Shown piece by piece: positions 17,856 to 26,254 of a stretch of DNA of 64,000 bases. Numbering within the stretch: the stretch's first letter is position 1; each line of letters opens with the position of its first letter. Under the pieces are notes generated by a model. The model did no database searches. It saw only the letters and a list, made by a program, of their open reading frames with translations, and was not told the origin of the DNA. The position numbers were made by a program, and so were the translations under genes. Origin of the DNA: an uncultured Nitrospiraceae bacterium (GTDB lineage Bacteria; Nitrospirota; Nitrospiria; Nitrospirales; UBA2166); contig CAYXED010000001.1 in NCBI GenBank assembly GCA_964463965.1, forward strand, positions 141,961 through 205,960, written 5' to 3'.

Positions 17856-18273
17856 CCCTCCACACCTACACCTGGACTACATAACATCATCAAATTCCTG
17901 GGACGAGTTTATGTCCAACTTGAAAGCCCTGAGTGGAGAGGAACGGTTTAACACAATAAAGGGAGATGCGTTTGAAGCATTAACCCGTCTCTACCTTTTA
18001 ACCCACCCTCCTTATTCAACCCTCATCAATAAGATCTGGCACCATGCAGAGATTCCACAAGAAGTCATTGATCACCTGCACGCCTACGTCAATGCACACG
18101 GCACTGCCCGCGTGCCTCAAGCACACAAGACCCCAAAGCCAGAGGAGTTTTCGTTGGGAACCTGGGTGAACAGTCGTCGAACGGACTTCAAGAAGAAGGC
18201 CCCAACACTCACCGATGCACGGATCAACACACTCGAAGCTCTCCCCGGATGAACTTGGGATGCAAGAACATAA
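17845..18273 (+). pseudogene. remnant of a large nuclease-helicase gene: N-terminal ~65 aa fused directly to one C-terminal helicase-associated (HA) repeat, interrupted by TGA
   Basis: The N-terminus ...KGDAFEALTRLYLLTHPPYSTLINKIWHHAEIPQEV matches the first helix region of Mrr-like-nuclease/DEAD-box helicase fusions. It is followed directly by an HA-type repeat, LHAYVNAHGTARVPQ....LGTWVNSRRTDFKKK..LTDARINTLEALPG. No helicase core is present. In-frame T-W-D codons continue after the TGA at 18250. Confidence 0.5.
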
Positions 18274-18340
18274 AACGTCCCTGTAATCGATGGTCAATCC
18301 GACTGCACACTTAATGCTTACTCAGGACAAAGATACTTTT

Positions 18341-19300
18341 TTATTGTGGTGCAGGTGAAGGCGTATTGAATGGGACAGTGGCATACGAAGAGAGCTCAAA
18401 CGATGGGCTTCTTTTAAGCACCCACAACGCATTCAGGCAATGTAAGATTGCTTTTAGCTCTTCTTGATCCTCAGGGTTGACCTGATTGTCACGTTGGATG
18501 GCAGACTGCAGCTTGGGGGAAAGCTCCAAAAACCGAGGAGCGTTCCAGAGATTCCAGCTTTCACGCAACACGGGTTCAAATCGAGACCAAATGTCTTCCG
18601 ATAGCACAAGACACGCGATGCGAACTTTTTCACAATCGCGTACCTTGCCGGCAGCCTCCAAACTTCGTAACAAGACAAGGTTAGAAGGATGATAGGGCGA
18701 GTTTTGGATGGGCACACCATTTGCCATATCCCCGCCCAACTCCAGCACATGTTCAAGATCTTCCGCAACAATACTTTTTACTTCAATGACACATTCAATG
18801 TTGGCAGGAGAAGTACATTCGATATCCAGCCGTGCACCCCACATCTCCAAGTTTGAAATTGTCCACCCCATTGTTTCAATCCATTCTGCAACATGTAACT
18901 CTGAAAAACGTCTCCAAAAAACACGTATTCGTTGTCGCTCAGTTTGAGGAAAATCATCCCCCCCCCACGACTCTTTAAACGCTTTTAGATGATTTTTGTT
19001 CAGGCGTGTTCTCGTACGATTGAAATCAGTAAGATATCGATGTATGGGGTTTGTAACCCTGGGCAGAGTTCCCTGTTGATACATTCTTAAAATTATATGA
19101 TTAAGCACATTATCATCAGAGTTCAAAATGCCTGTGCGAACATCACCCCACACAGTATTGGGGATTAAGATTCCTTTTAACGCAGAACACCCTGACCGAA
19201 TTGTCTCAAGTTTTTTCACTAGTTCCGTATGATCATCAAAAGAACTGCCTACATACGAGGCCTCCCCCTGACACGGACAATTATGAAAAAACAACTCCAT
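18341..19300 (-). CDS. hypothetical protein with a candidate PD-(D/E)xK nuclease core
   Basis: The segment ...FSELHVAEWIETMGWTISNLEMWGARLDIECTSPANIECVIEVKS... fits helix-E / beta-D / beta-ExK spacing. The ATG at 19300 is preceded by GAGG (8-nt spacer). The gene contains a G9 coding-strand homopolymer. No family identified with certainty. Confidence 0.4.
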   Translation of the reverse strand: MELFFHNCPCQGEASYVGSSFDDHTELVKKLETIRSGCSALKGILIPNTVWGDVRTGILNSDDNVLNHIILRMYQQGTLPRVTNPIHRYLTDFNRTRTRLNKNHLKAFKESWGGDDFPQTERQRIRVFWRRFSELHVAEWIETMGWTISNLEMWGARLDIECTSPANIECVIEVKSIVAEDLEHVLELGGDMANGVPIQNSPYHPSNLVLLRSLEAAGKVRDCEKVRIACLVLSEDIWSRFEPVLRESWNLWNAPRFLELSPKLQSAIQRDNQVNPEDQEELKAILHCLNALWVLKRSPSFELSSYATVPFNTPSPAPQ

Positions 19301-19479
19301 AGTACATACCTCAAAGAAACCACACGGCACGTCACACGGCTTCTATGTTATTATATCCTACAATATCACTATCTTTTCAGGTTGGTATCACAACATTCAA
19401 GAACCCTAAATACCTCTTTTGGTTTTTGATATGACGATTGCCTGTATAAATTCTAAGCTACTAACGCTCGACAACAATC

Positions 19480-20055
19480 ATGCGACATAAATTACATAGC
19501 GCTGTCAGAATCATCACTGCTATGACTATAATACTATTTATTTACCAGGGATGTGCCAAAAAATCAGTATCAAACACTTCTAATCTATCAAACAGTTTGC
19601 ATCCCACAACGAAAAGCACACTACCAACAACCTATCCCCACTGTACAACAGATAAGAGAAGTCACTACACAACCATAGAGGTTCCGAAAATTACAAATAT
19701 CGGACAAGCACCTCCTGAGTTTTTTGCTCTACTTCATGCTGCAATTTTGGAGGAAGGGCGTGCACGGGACATCTATCACGTAGTTCCCACGGCCGATAAA
19801 AATCCGACAGTCATCCAATTAATCATGTTTGTTGAGTCATGGACTCCAAAGACGCCCAAAGATAAAAAAAATGGTGTTCTTGCAATGCAGCTGTTACTGA
19901 TTGACCAAGTTTCTCAGTGTCAGGTTGGACAGACCACAGGATATGGAAACGTTGGACATAACCCAACCAATGGATTTGATATTGACGCGCTGCAAACAAT
20001 TGCCCAAAGCGCAGGCTGGTTTGTAGGCATCACACTCATGCATGACCCCGAATAA
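19480..20055 (+). CDS. hypothetical exported protein (possible lipoprotein; weak lipobox ...IYQGC)
   Basis: N-terminal hydrophobic segment followed by Cys, then a Ser/Thr-rich linker. No family recognised. Confidence 0.45.
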   Translation: MRHKLHSAVRIITAMTIILFIYQGCAKKSVSNTSNLSNSLHPTTKSTLPTTYPHCTTDKRSHYTTIEVPKITNIGQAPPEFFALLHAAILEEGRARDIYHVVPTADKNPTVIQLIMFVESWTPKTPKDKKNGVLAMQLLLIDQVSQCQVGQTTGYGNVGHNPTNGFDIDALQTIAQSAGWFVGITLMHDPE

Positions 20056-20150
20056 TTGGGATTGCACTCGCGCAAAGTCTTAGAAAGTTATGCATTATCA
20101 AATACTCGTTTTGAATCAAGTGGCATACTAAGCGCTGGAGGCCCCTCCTA

Positions 20151-20981
20151 ATGTCTACGACTTCTGAACCTATTGAAGACCATTACCAAATCCCTGATCT
20201 TCTTAACGTTATTCTTGATGTACTTAGGTCCATAGGCAAGGACATTACAAAGCTCACACCCATTGATCTTGCACCTGTCGATGAATTTCATACACGTGGG
20301 CGGGAAGCAACGATAGAGCTCGCCACCCTTGCACAACTTCGCTCAAAACTACATATTCTTGATGTCGGTTGTGGTATAGGTGGATCAGCCCGGTACCTTG
20401 CATCAGAGTATGATTCCATAGTCGCTGGGATCGACCTCACTCAGGAATACATTCAAGTGGCAACAGCCTTGGGGAAGCTTGTTGGGCTTGAACAAACAGT
20501 CTCATTTCACCACGGCACTGCACTTGCTCTTCCCTTCGACGACCAATCATTTGATGTCGTCTGGACAGAACATGCACAAATGAACATTAGCAACAAAATA
20601 AAACTTTATGAGGAGATGGCGCGCGTGCTTCGGACAAACGGGCAACTTGTCCTTCATGATGTATTCCAAGGACCTGGTGGAGATATTGAATATCCAGTCC
20701 CATGGGCAAAACACCCATCCATTAGTTTTTTAGCAACGCCAGAGGTTATCCAGCAAACCTTGACACAAGTTGGATTTGAAATAATACACTGGGTTGACAA
20801 AACCTCAACCGCTCTTCGGTGGATTGATGAAACAGCAAAGAAAATACAAACACCCAATGCTACGCCACTAGGGGTACACCTCTTAATGGGTACAACGGCT
20901 CCACAGAAGTTGATAAACCAAGTACAAAACCTTAAAAACAACAGAGTTGTAGTTTGTCAGGCAGTTCTACGAAAAAAATAG
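20151..20981 (+). CDS. class I SAM-dependent methyltransferase (Methyltransf_11-type)
   Basis: SAM motif I ILDVGCGIGGSARYLA. Motif post-I IVAGIDL. The pattern ...FDVVWTEHAQMNI... is also present. Substrate unknown. Confidence 0.8.
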   Translation: MSTTSEPIEDHYQIPDLLNVILDVLRSIGKDITKLTPIDLAPVDEFHTRGREATIELATLAQLRSKLHILDVGCGIGGSARYLASEYDSIVAGIDLTQEYIQVATALGKLVGLEQTVSFHHGTALALPFDDQSFDVVWTEHAQMNISNKIKLYEEMARVLRTNGQLVLHDVFQGPGGDIEYPVPWAKHPSISFLATPEVIQQTLTQVGFEIIHWVDKTSTALRWIDETAKKIQTPNATPLGVHLLMGTTAPQKLINQVQNLKNNRVVVCQAVLRKK

Positions 20982-21075
20982 CTCTAACAGCTAAAGTTAA
21001 AATGTTGAAAATTGCACCTAGAACCTGATACCTTTCTCCACGCCATTCACGCGGTAACGTCTATCCGGAGACATC

Positions 21076-21558
21076 ATGCCATCATTTGATATTATTTCAG
21101 AAGTTGATATCCAAGAGGTCACCAATGCCGTTGATCAAGCAACCCGTGAACTAGGAACACGGTTTGACTTTAAGGGGACAGATGCAAAATTTGAACTCGT
21201 TGCAACCACCATCACTATGCATGCGCCCAACGAGTTTCAGGTGAAACAGTTGTTTGACATCCTCACAAAACGCCTAGCTGGCCGATCCATTGACATCCGT
21301 TGTTTAAAGAGTGACTCTCCACAGATTAATGTCGGAAATGCCAGACAAGTAGTTAACGTGCAGCAAGGACTCGAGACCGAGCTATCCAAAAAGATTGTTA
21401 AAATGGTAAAAAATGAAAAGTTTAAAGTACAGGCCTCTATTCAGGGAGAGAAGATCAGGGTGTCAGGAAAAAAACGAGACGACTTACAGGAAGTTATTGC
21501 CTTTCTAAAGAATCAAGACCTTGAAATGCCACTACAATTTGATAACTACCGCGACTAA
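21076..21558 (+). CDS. yajQ: YajQ-family (UPF0234) nucleotide / cyclic-di-GMP-binding protein
   Basis: MPSFDIISEVDIQEVTNAVDQATRELGTRFDFKGT... at 160 aa is a canonical YajQ. Confidence 0.9.
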   Translation: MPSFDIISEVDIQEVTNAVDQATRELGTRFDFKGTDAKFELVATTITMHAPNEFQVKQLFDILTKRLAGRSIDIRCLKSDSPQINVGNARQVVNVQQGLETELSKKIVKMVKNEKFKVQASIQGEKIRVSGKKRDDLQEVIAFLKNQDLEMPLQFDNYRD

Positions 21559-21589
21559 CGATTGTTGCACAGACTGACTACAGGCCTTA

Positions 21590-22291
21590 TCACACAACAT
21601 CACGAGTTCGAAACTTCTTGTAGAAAATTGGAACTAGCGCAAAGACTGCGAGTAATGCAAAGGCACCCAATACCTCAACTGAGACGATTTCACCTAATGA
21701 ATTAATCATACCAAGCTGTTGACCAGCATTTGCATAGACGAAACTACCAGGAAGAATGCCTAATGCTGTCGCAAACACATATGTCTCAACACGAACACGT
21801 GTAAGTCCAGACAGCAAGTTAACAAGAACAAAAGGGAATAATGGCACAAGTCGTAATGTTAAAAGATAACTAAAAGCGTTTTTTGAAAACCCTTCTTGAA
21901 GTGGGATCAACCTATCTCCAAATTTTTTCTCAACCCATCCACGAAAAAGATACCTTGCAGCAAGAAAAGCAAGAGTAGCACCCACTGTAGCAGCAATATT
22001 GACATAAAGAGTACCCAGTAGAGTCCCAAAAAGAAGCCCACCTGTCAAAGTTAAAATTGCTGCCCCAGGCAAGGACAACGCAGTTTGTAAAGAATAAATC
22101 CCTATAAAGAAAAATACTGAAAGAGCATAATGTTGATGGGCATAATCAAGAAGTTGATCTCGATTACTCTTCAACGTCTCAAGTGTTAAGTACTGGCCCA
22201 CATCAAAGTAGATAAAAGCCCCTACCCCCATCAATGCAAGAATAGCAAGAGCATACTTTCCTCGTCTTGATTGAGATAGCAAAATATTCAC
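21590..22291 (-). CDS. TVP38/TMEM64 (DedA-related, VTT-domain) membrane protein
   Basis: Multi-TM, with ...LPGAAILTLTGGLLFG... and ...LRLVPLFPFVLVNLLSGLT.. characteristic of the SNARE-associated/VTT domain. Confidence 0.8.
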   Translation of the reverse strand: MNILLSQSRRGKYALAILALMGVGAFIYFDVGQYLTLETLKSNRDQLLDYAHQHYALSVFFFIGIYSLQTALSLPGAAILTLTGGLLFGTLLGTLYVNIAATVGATLAFLAARYLFRGWVEKKFGDRLIPLQEGFSKNAFSYLLTLRLVPLFPFVLVNLLSGLTRVRVETYVFATALGILPGSFVYANAGQQLGMINSLGEIVSVEVLGAFALLAVFALVPIFYKKFRTRDVV

Positions 22292-22362
22292 TAAAACTCA
22301 CATACCAGAGAGATAGTTCAAAATGGTACCAGACACTGCGGCAACCGAAACAAAGGATAGAG

Positions 22363-22438
<76 letters not shown>

Positions 22439-22442
22439 ACTC

Positions 22443-22520
22443 TGGCGCGCCTGGAGGGATTTGAACCCCCGACACATGGCTTCGGAGGCCATTGCTCTAT
22501 CCGAGCTGAGCTACAGGCGC
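22443..22520 (-). tRNA. tRNA-Arg (anticodon CCG), CCA encoded
   Basis: Hand-folded cloverleaf: GCGCCTG-TA-GCTC-AGCTCGGATA-GAGC-A-ATGGC-CTCCGAA-GCCAT-GTGTC-GGGGG-TTCAAAT-CCCTC-CAGGCGC-G-CCA. It lies 4 nt from tRNA-Lys. Confidence 0.9.
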
Positions 22521-22587
22521 ACAGTGCGCTCGGACTCTAAGGCCGCGTAAGGTTAAAAGCCAAAAACCGACCGAACGCTAGCATATT

Positions 22588-23364
22588 CTATACGGTGTGT
22601 CCAGCAAGATACTGCTGGGTTTTTGCTTCCGTTGGTGACCTAAATAGATCATCAACACTGCCATATTCACACACACATCCATCACACAGAAAAACCACTT
22701 CCGTCGAAAGTCGTTGAACCTGTGCAAGATTATGCGTCACAAGAATTATTGTCATACGAGTACCAAGCTCTCGTAACAGTATTTCAATAGTCTCTGAAGA
22801 TTGAGGATCAAGAGAAGCTGTTGGTTCATCAAGCATCAACACACGAGGTTCACAAGCCAAGGCACGCGCGAGTGATAACCGCTGTTGTTGTCCTTGAGAT
22901 AATTCCGTTGCTGGATGTTTCAATCGATCTTTAACTTCATCCCACAGAGAAACTGCCTGCAACATCGACTCTACGATTTCAGGAAACTCACTACGTTGCC
23001 TCAGAGAAAGCCTCCTTAGCCCAAACAAAACATTCTCATAGATACTAGTTGGGAATAAACAGGGTTTCTGAAAAACCATTCCAACATCCTTGCGCAATTG
23101 TGAAATCTCTAGGTCTCCATTTTCTTCCGCATAGATATTTTTACCCTCGTAGAGAACAGTACCAGTACATCGAAAGTTTTGATAATGGTCATTCAAGCGG
23201 TTTAGGGTCCGAAGTAAGGTTGACTTCCCACTTCCCGACGATCCTATAACAGTTGTAATACCTAAATTACGAATCGAAACATTAGCCCTAGTAAGTATTG
23301 GAGTTGTCCCAAAAAATATATCCACATCCTTGAGAGTAAATGTCACGCTTGATCTGTGTCCCAT
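22588..23364 (-). CDS. pstB: phosphate ABC transporter ATP-binding protein
   Basis: Walker A GSSGSGKST, signature LSQGQQQRLSLARAL, Walker B LMLDEP, and PstB-typical length and context. Confidence 0.93.
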   Translation of the reverse strand: MGHRSSVTFTLKDVDIFFGTTPILTRANVSIRNLGITTVIGSSGSGKSTLLRTLNRLNDHYQNFRCTGTVLYEGKNIYAEENGDLEISQLRKDVGMVFQKPCLFPTSIYENVLFGLRRLSLRQRSEFPEIVESMLQAVSLWDEVKDRLKHPATELSQGQQQRLSLARALACEPRVLMLDEPTASLDPQSSETIEILLRELGTRMTIILVTHNLAQVQRLSTEVVFLCDGCVCEYGSVDDLFRSPTEAKTQQYLAGHTV

Positions 23365-23365
23365 T

Positions 23366-24217
23366 CTAAGACCCTAGTCTCATACGAGCTCGTATAGTAA
23401 GTGCGGTTGCACTAAAGCATAACACTATGATCATTAAAACCAACGCACTTCCCCAGACAACATCTGTTACCGCTGGGTCTATTGCCTCTTGAGTGAGAAT
23501 TAAAATGTGTGTCTGTAATGTAGCGACTGGATCGTTAAAATCTTGTGGAATATCAACACCAAAAAACGTTGTTGCAGTGAACATGATTGCTGCTGTTTCC
23601 CCTGCCGCACGTGCCAAACCCAAAAATAATCCGGTAACAACTCCAGGGATACACTGCGGAATAATCACCCCGTGAATCAGCTGAGGAGTAGTCATCCCCA
23701 ACGCCAACCCAGCTTCACGATATTGCCCAGGAATACCGTCAATTGCCTGTCGAATACTAACAACAAGGGTTGGAAGAATCATTATCGAAAGAATCAGCAC
23801 ACCACTCATCCAAGAAATCCCCAACCCAAAATAAATCCCGAATACAAGGTACCCAAATAATCCAAACAGAATAGTTGGTACTCCATTTAACGCATAAATA
23901 AGTTGCATCGTGATTGTCTTAAAACGCACACCCAGGTACTCCGAATGATAAAGTGCAGTCCCTAAGGCAACAGGAAGACTAAGCAGACCCGCACCTAGGG
24001 CTAAGAGTAATGTTCCAATAATCTGCGACCTAATCCCCCCTTCAGTACCAAACCCTCTCGATTCTTGAAAAAGAAAATCCCAATCTATAACTGCATATCC
24101 TTTCACAATCATTATCAAAACAATACAAACAAAAAAGGTTACACTTACGAGAGTTACGAAAGACATAAGTGCTAGAAAAAATATACCAAAAGGCCTTCGA
24201 TAACTTGCAGCACTCAT
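23366..24217 (-). CDS. pstA: phosphate ABC transporter permease PstA
   Basis: Six-TM permease with an EAA-like loop (REAGLALGMT). I chose the ATG at 24217 because it forms an ATGA overlap with the pstC stop. The track's 24319 start would overlap pstC by 106 nt. Confidence 0.88.
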   Translation of the reverse strand: MSAASYRRPFGIFFLALMSFVTLVSVTFFVCIVLIMIVKGYAVIDWDFLFQESRGFGTEGGIRSQIIGTLLLALGAGLLSLPVALGTALYHSEYLGVRFKTITMQLIYALNGVPTILFGLFGYLVFGIYFGLGISWMSGVLILSIMILPTLVVSIRQAIDGIPGQYREAGLALGMTTPQLIHGVIIPQCIPGVVTGLFLGLARAAGETAAIMFTATTFFGVDIPQDFNDPVATLQTHILILTQEAIDPAVTDVVWGSALVLMIIVLCFSATALTIRARMRLGS

Positions 24218-25065
24218 ATTCGGTGAAGACGTCCTTTCCATCCTATTCGCTCCCCAAACCACGTAAGCGTAGTAACCATGGTAAACAGGATCAAGCCTAA
24301 GCCAATAAGCGCATTCCAATGAAGCCCTACCCCAATAGCTTCAGCGGCCTCACGTCCAAGTTTCGATGCAATGCTTTGTGCTGGTGCAAATAGGTTGTAG
24401 AGAGGAGTTGGTAATTTATCAACACTCCCAATAACCAACATTACCGCAACCGTTTCTCCCATCGCCCGACTCATTCCCAGAAGAACTGCGCCTACAATAC
24501 CTGGCACAGCTTCAGGTAAAACTCCATAGAGAATGATTTCATGTTTATGAAGTCCAAGAGCACGAGCCTGTTCTCTGTAAGTATTTGGAACGGCATGAAT
24601 TGCGTCTTCGGAGAGTGTCATAACCGTAGGAAGAATCATAATACCCAACAACAGCCCAGCGGTTAAAAGACAATTCCCATCAATAAGCCCAAACAAATCC
24701 TGAACCCATCCTGCAACCAACACCATGCCAAGTAAGCCATAGACAATACCTGGCACACCCGCCATAAGTTCCATCATAGATTTTAAAATATATCGAGCGT
24801 TCTGAGTTAGCACCTCAGATGTTATGACAGCTGTTCCAAGTGCCAACGGAACTGCAATAGACAGTGCTATAGCAGTAACAATGATCGTGCCATAAACCAT
24901 TGGCAATGCCCCGTATGCCTCGCCAACAAACCACTCCGTTCCAATGAAAAACTCCCATCCATATACTGTAAAAATGGGAAGACTCCCGCTCAAGAGAAAA
25001 ACTAAGATAATCCCAGTAAACGAGGAGGATACAATGAAAAGCCCAGCAAGCAGCCAGAAAGTCAT
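24214..25065 (-). CDS. pstC: phosphate ABC transporter permease PstC
   Basis: Permease with an EAA loop (REQARALGL). It has a 4-nt overlap with the pstS stop. Confidence 0.88.
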   Translation of the reverse strand: MTFWLLAGLFIVSSSFTGIILVFLLSGSLPIFTVYGWEFFIGTEWFVGEAYGALPMVYGTIIVTAIALSIAVPLALGTAVITSEVLTQNARYILKSMMELMAGVPGIVYGLLGMVLVAGWVQDLFGLIDGNCLLTAGLLLGIMILPTVMTLSEDAIHAVPNTYREQARALGLHKHEIILYGVLPEAVPGIVGAVLLGMSRAMGETVAVMLVIGSVDKLPTPLYNLFAPAQSIASKLGREAAEAIGVGLHWNALIGLGLILFTMVTTLTWFGERIGWKGRLHRI

Positions 25066-25904
25066 TGAATAGGAAGATAGCCCATCTCGGCAACAAGCCT
25101 TTGCCCAGATGGACTCAAAAGAAATTGAATAAACTGATTGGCAGCACTTGTGGCTGACCCATTTGTTATCAAGGTTAAATCCCTTACTATAGGATAGCTG
25201 TTATCTTCTATAGACGATTTCGTAGGGTTAAAGACATCATCACCATCACGAATGCCTACACCAACGACATCATTATCAAGCCACGCATATGACAACATAC
25301 CTATAGCTGAATCACTTAATGAAACTTTTGTATATTGCTCATTGTTCGACCCTGTAACAAGGTCTGTCCCAGGTGTTTTTACTTTTGATTGTCCAAACAG
25401 ATATTGCATAAAAACGTGTCTCGTCCCGCGATGAAATTCCTTATCGATAGCAACAATTTCACGATCTGGCCCACCAACATCAATCCAATTGTTAACTTCT
25501 CCAAGATAAATTTTCTTTATATTTTCCTTTGAAATTGTAGTCACGCCAGCATCACGAATTTCCGATGAAATTACACAAGCTATAACATCCCTTCCAATCA
25601 CATGTGTTTCAAATTCTGCTTTTGGAAACCCTTCTCTTTCACTATCCAAAATATCTCTTGACATCATCCCGATATGGACGAGACCGTGCCCCACTGACTT
25701 CACAGCCACTCCTGAGCCTCCAGGATTCACCATCACCTGTATGTCTAGATTATGAGAAGAAAAAACTTCAGCAGCACGTACAATTATGGGCAAAACCGTT
25801 GAGGACCCTGCAAGCTTTACGAACGTTTTTTTCGCATGCACCTCATAGGGGGAAAACCCAGAGGCAAAGCACGCAACACAAATAAAAAAAAGGACTCTTC
25901 TCAT
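25062..25904 (-). CDS. pstS: phosphate ABC transporter substrate-binding protein (PstS family, PBP_like_2)
   Basis: Signal peptide MRRVLFFICVACFASGF... The motif KLAGSSTVLPI is present. The motif NPGGSGVAVKSV is present. The motif MMSRDI is also present. I prefer the ATG at 25904, 11 nt after the arsR stop. Confidence 0.85.
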   Translation of the reverse strand: MRRVLFFICVACFASGFSPYEVHAKKTFVKLAGSSTVLPIIVRAAEVFSSHNLDIQVMVNPGGSGVAVKSVGHGLVHIGMMSRDILDSEREGFPKAEFETHVIGRDVIACVISSEIRDAGVTTISKENIKKIYLGEVNNWIDVGGPDREIVAIDKEFHRGTRHVFMQYLFGQSKVKTPGTDLVTGSNNEQYTKVSLSDSAIGMLSYAWLDNDVVGVGIRDGDDVFNPTKSSIEDNSYPIVRDLTLITNGSATSAANQFIQFLLSPSGQRLVAEMGYLPIQ

Positions 25905-25915
25905 ATCATAGGGGA

Positions 25916-26254
25916 CTATCGAAATGAAATGCGGCAGCAACCTAAATCAATTGCTGTTACTTTCTGACCTGAAACGCTTTCTCTAATTTCAGGAAGAAGC
26001 CGGTAACAAATACGTTGTCCATCACGTCTCCCCTCAACAAGACCTGCATTTTTTAAAATCTGCAGATGATGCGATACATGCGGCTGTGGCAAATTAAGCG
26101 TATGTGCAATATCATTGACACAGCGCTCACAATGTAGCAACGATTGGAGGATCCGCAATCTCGTGTCATCGCCCATAGCACGAAGAAAACCAGCACAATC
26201 CTTTGAGTTCCGCTCAGACTTAGTATTTGAAACTCTAGCCATAACTAACAACAT
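25916..26254 (-). CDS. arsR: ArsR/SmtB-family metalloregulator
   Basis: wHTH pattern LRAMGDDTRLRILQSLL.CERCVNDIAHTLNLPQPHVSHHLQILKNAGLV. Cys pairs are present at HCERCV and at the C-terminal LGCC. Confidence 0.85.
   Translation of the reverse strand: MLLVMARVSNTKSERNSKDCAGFLRAMGDDTRLRILQSLLHCERCVNDIAHTLNLPQPHVSHHLQILKNAGLVEGRRDGQRICYRLLPEIRESVSGQKVTAIDLGCCRISFR

Noticed and set aside
24218-24319. Long N-terminal extensions suggested by the ORF track: pstA to 24319, divIVA to 45310, pstS to 25940, murF to 59628, the propeller protein to 11173, ahcY to 1656
   Set aside because: In each case a downstream start gives a canonical N-terminus and a better SD or an ATGA-type coupling. The extension would overlap the upstream gene substantially.
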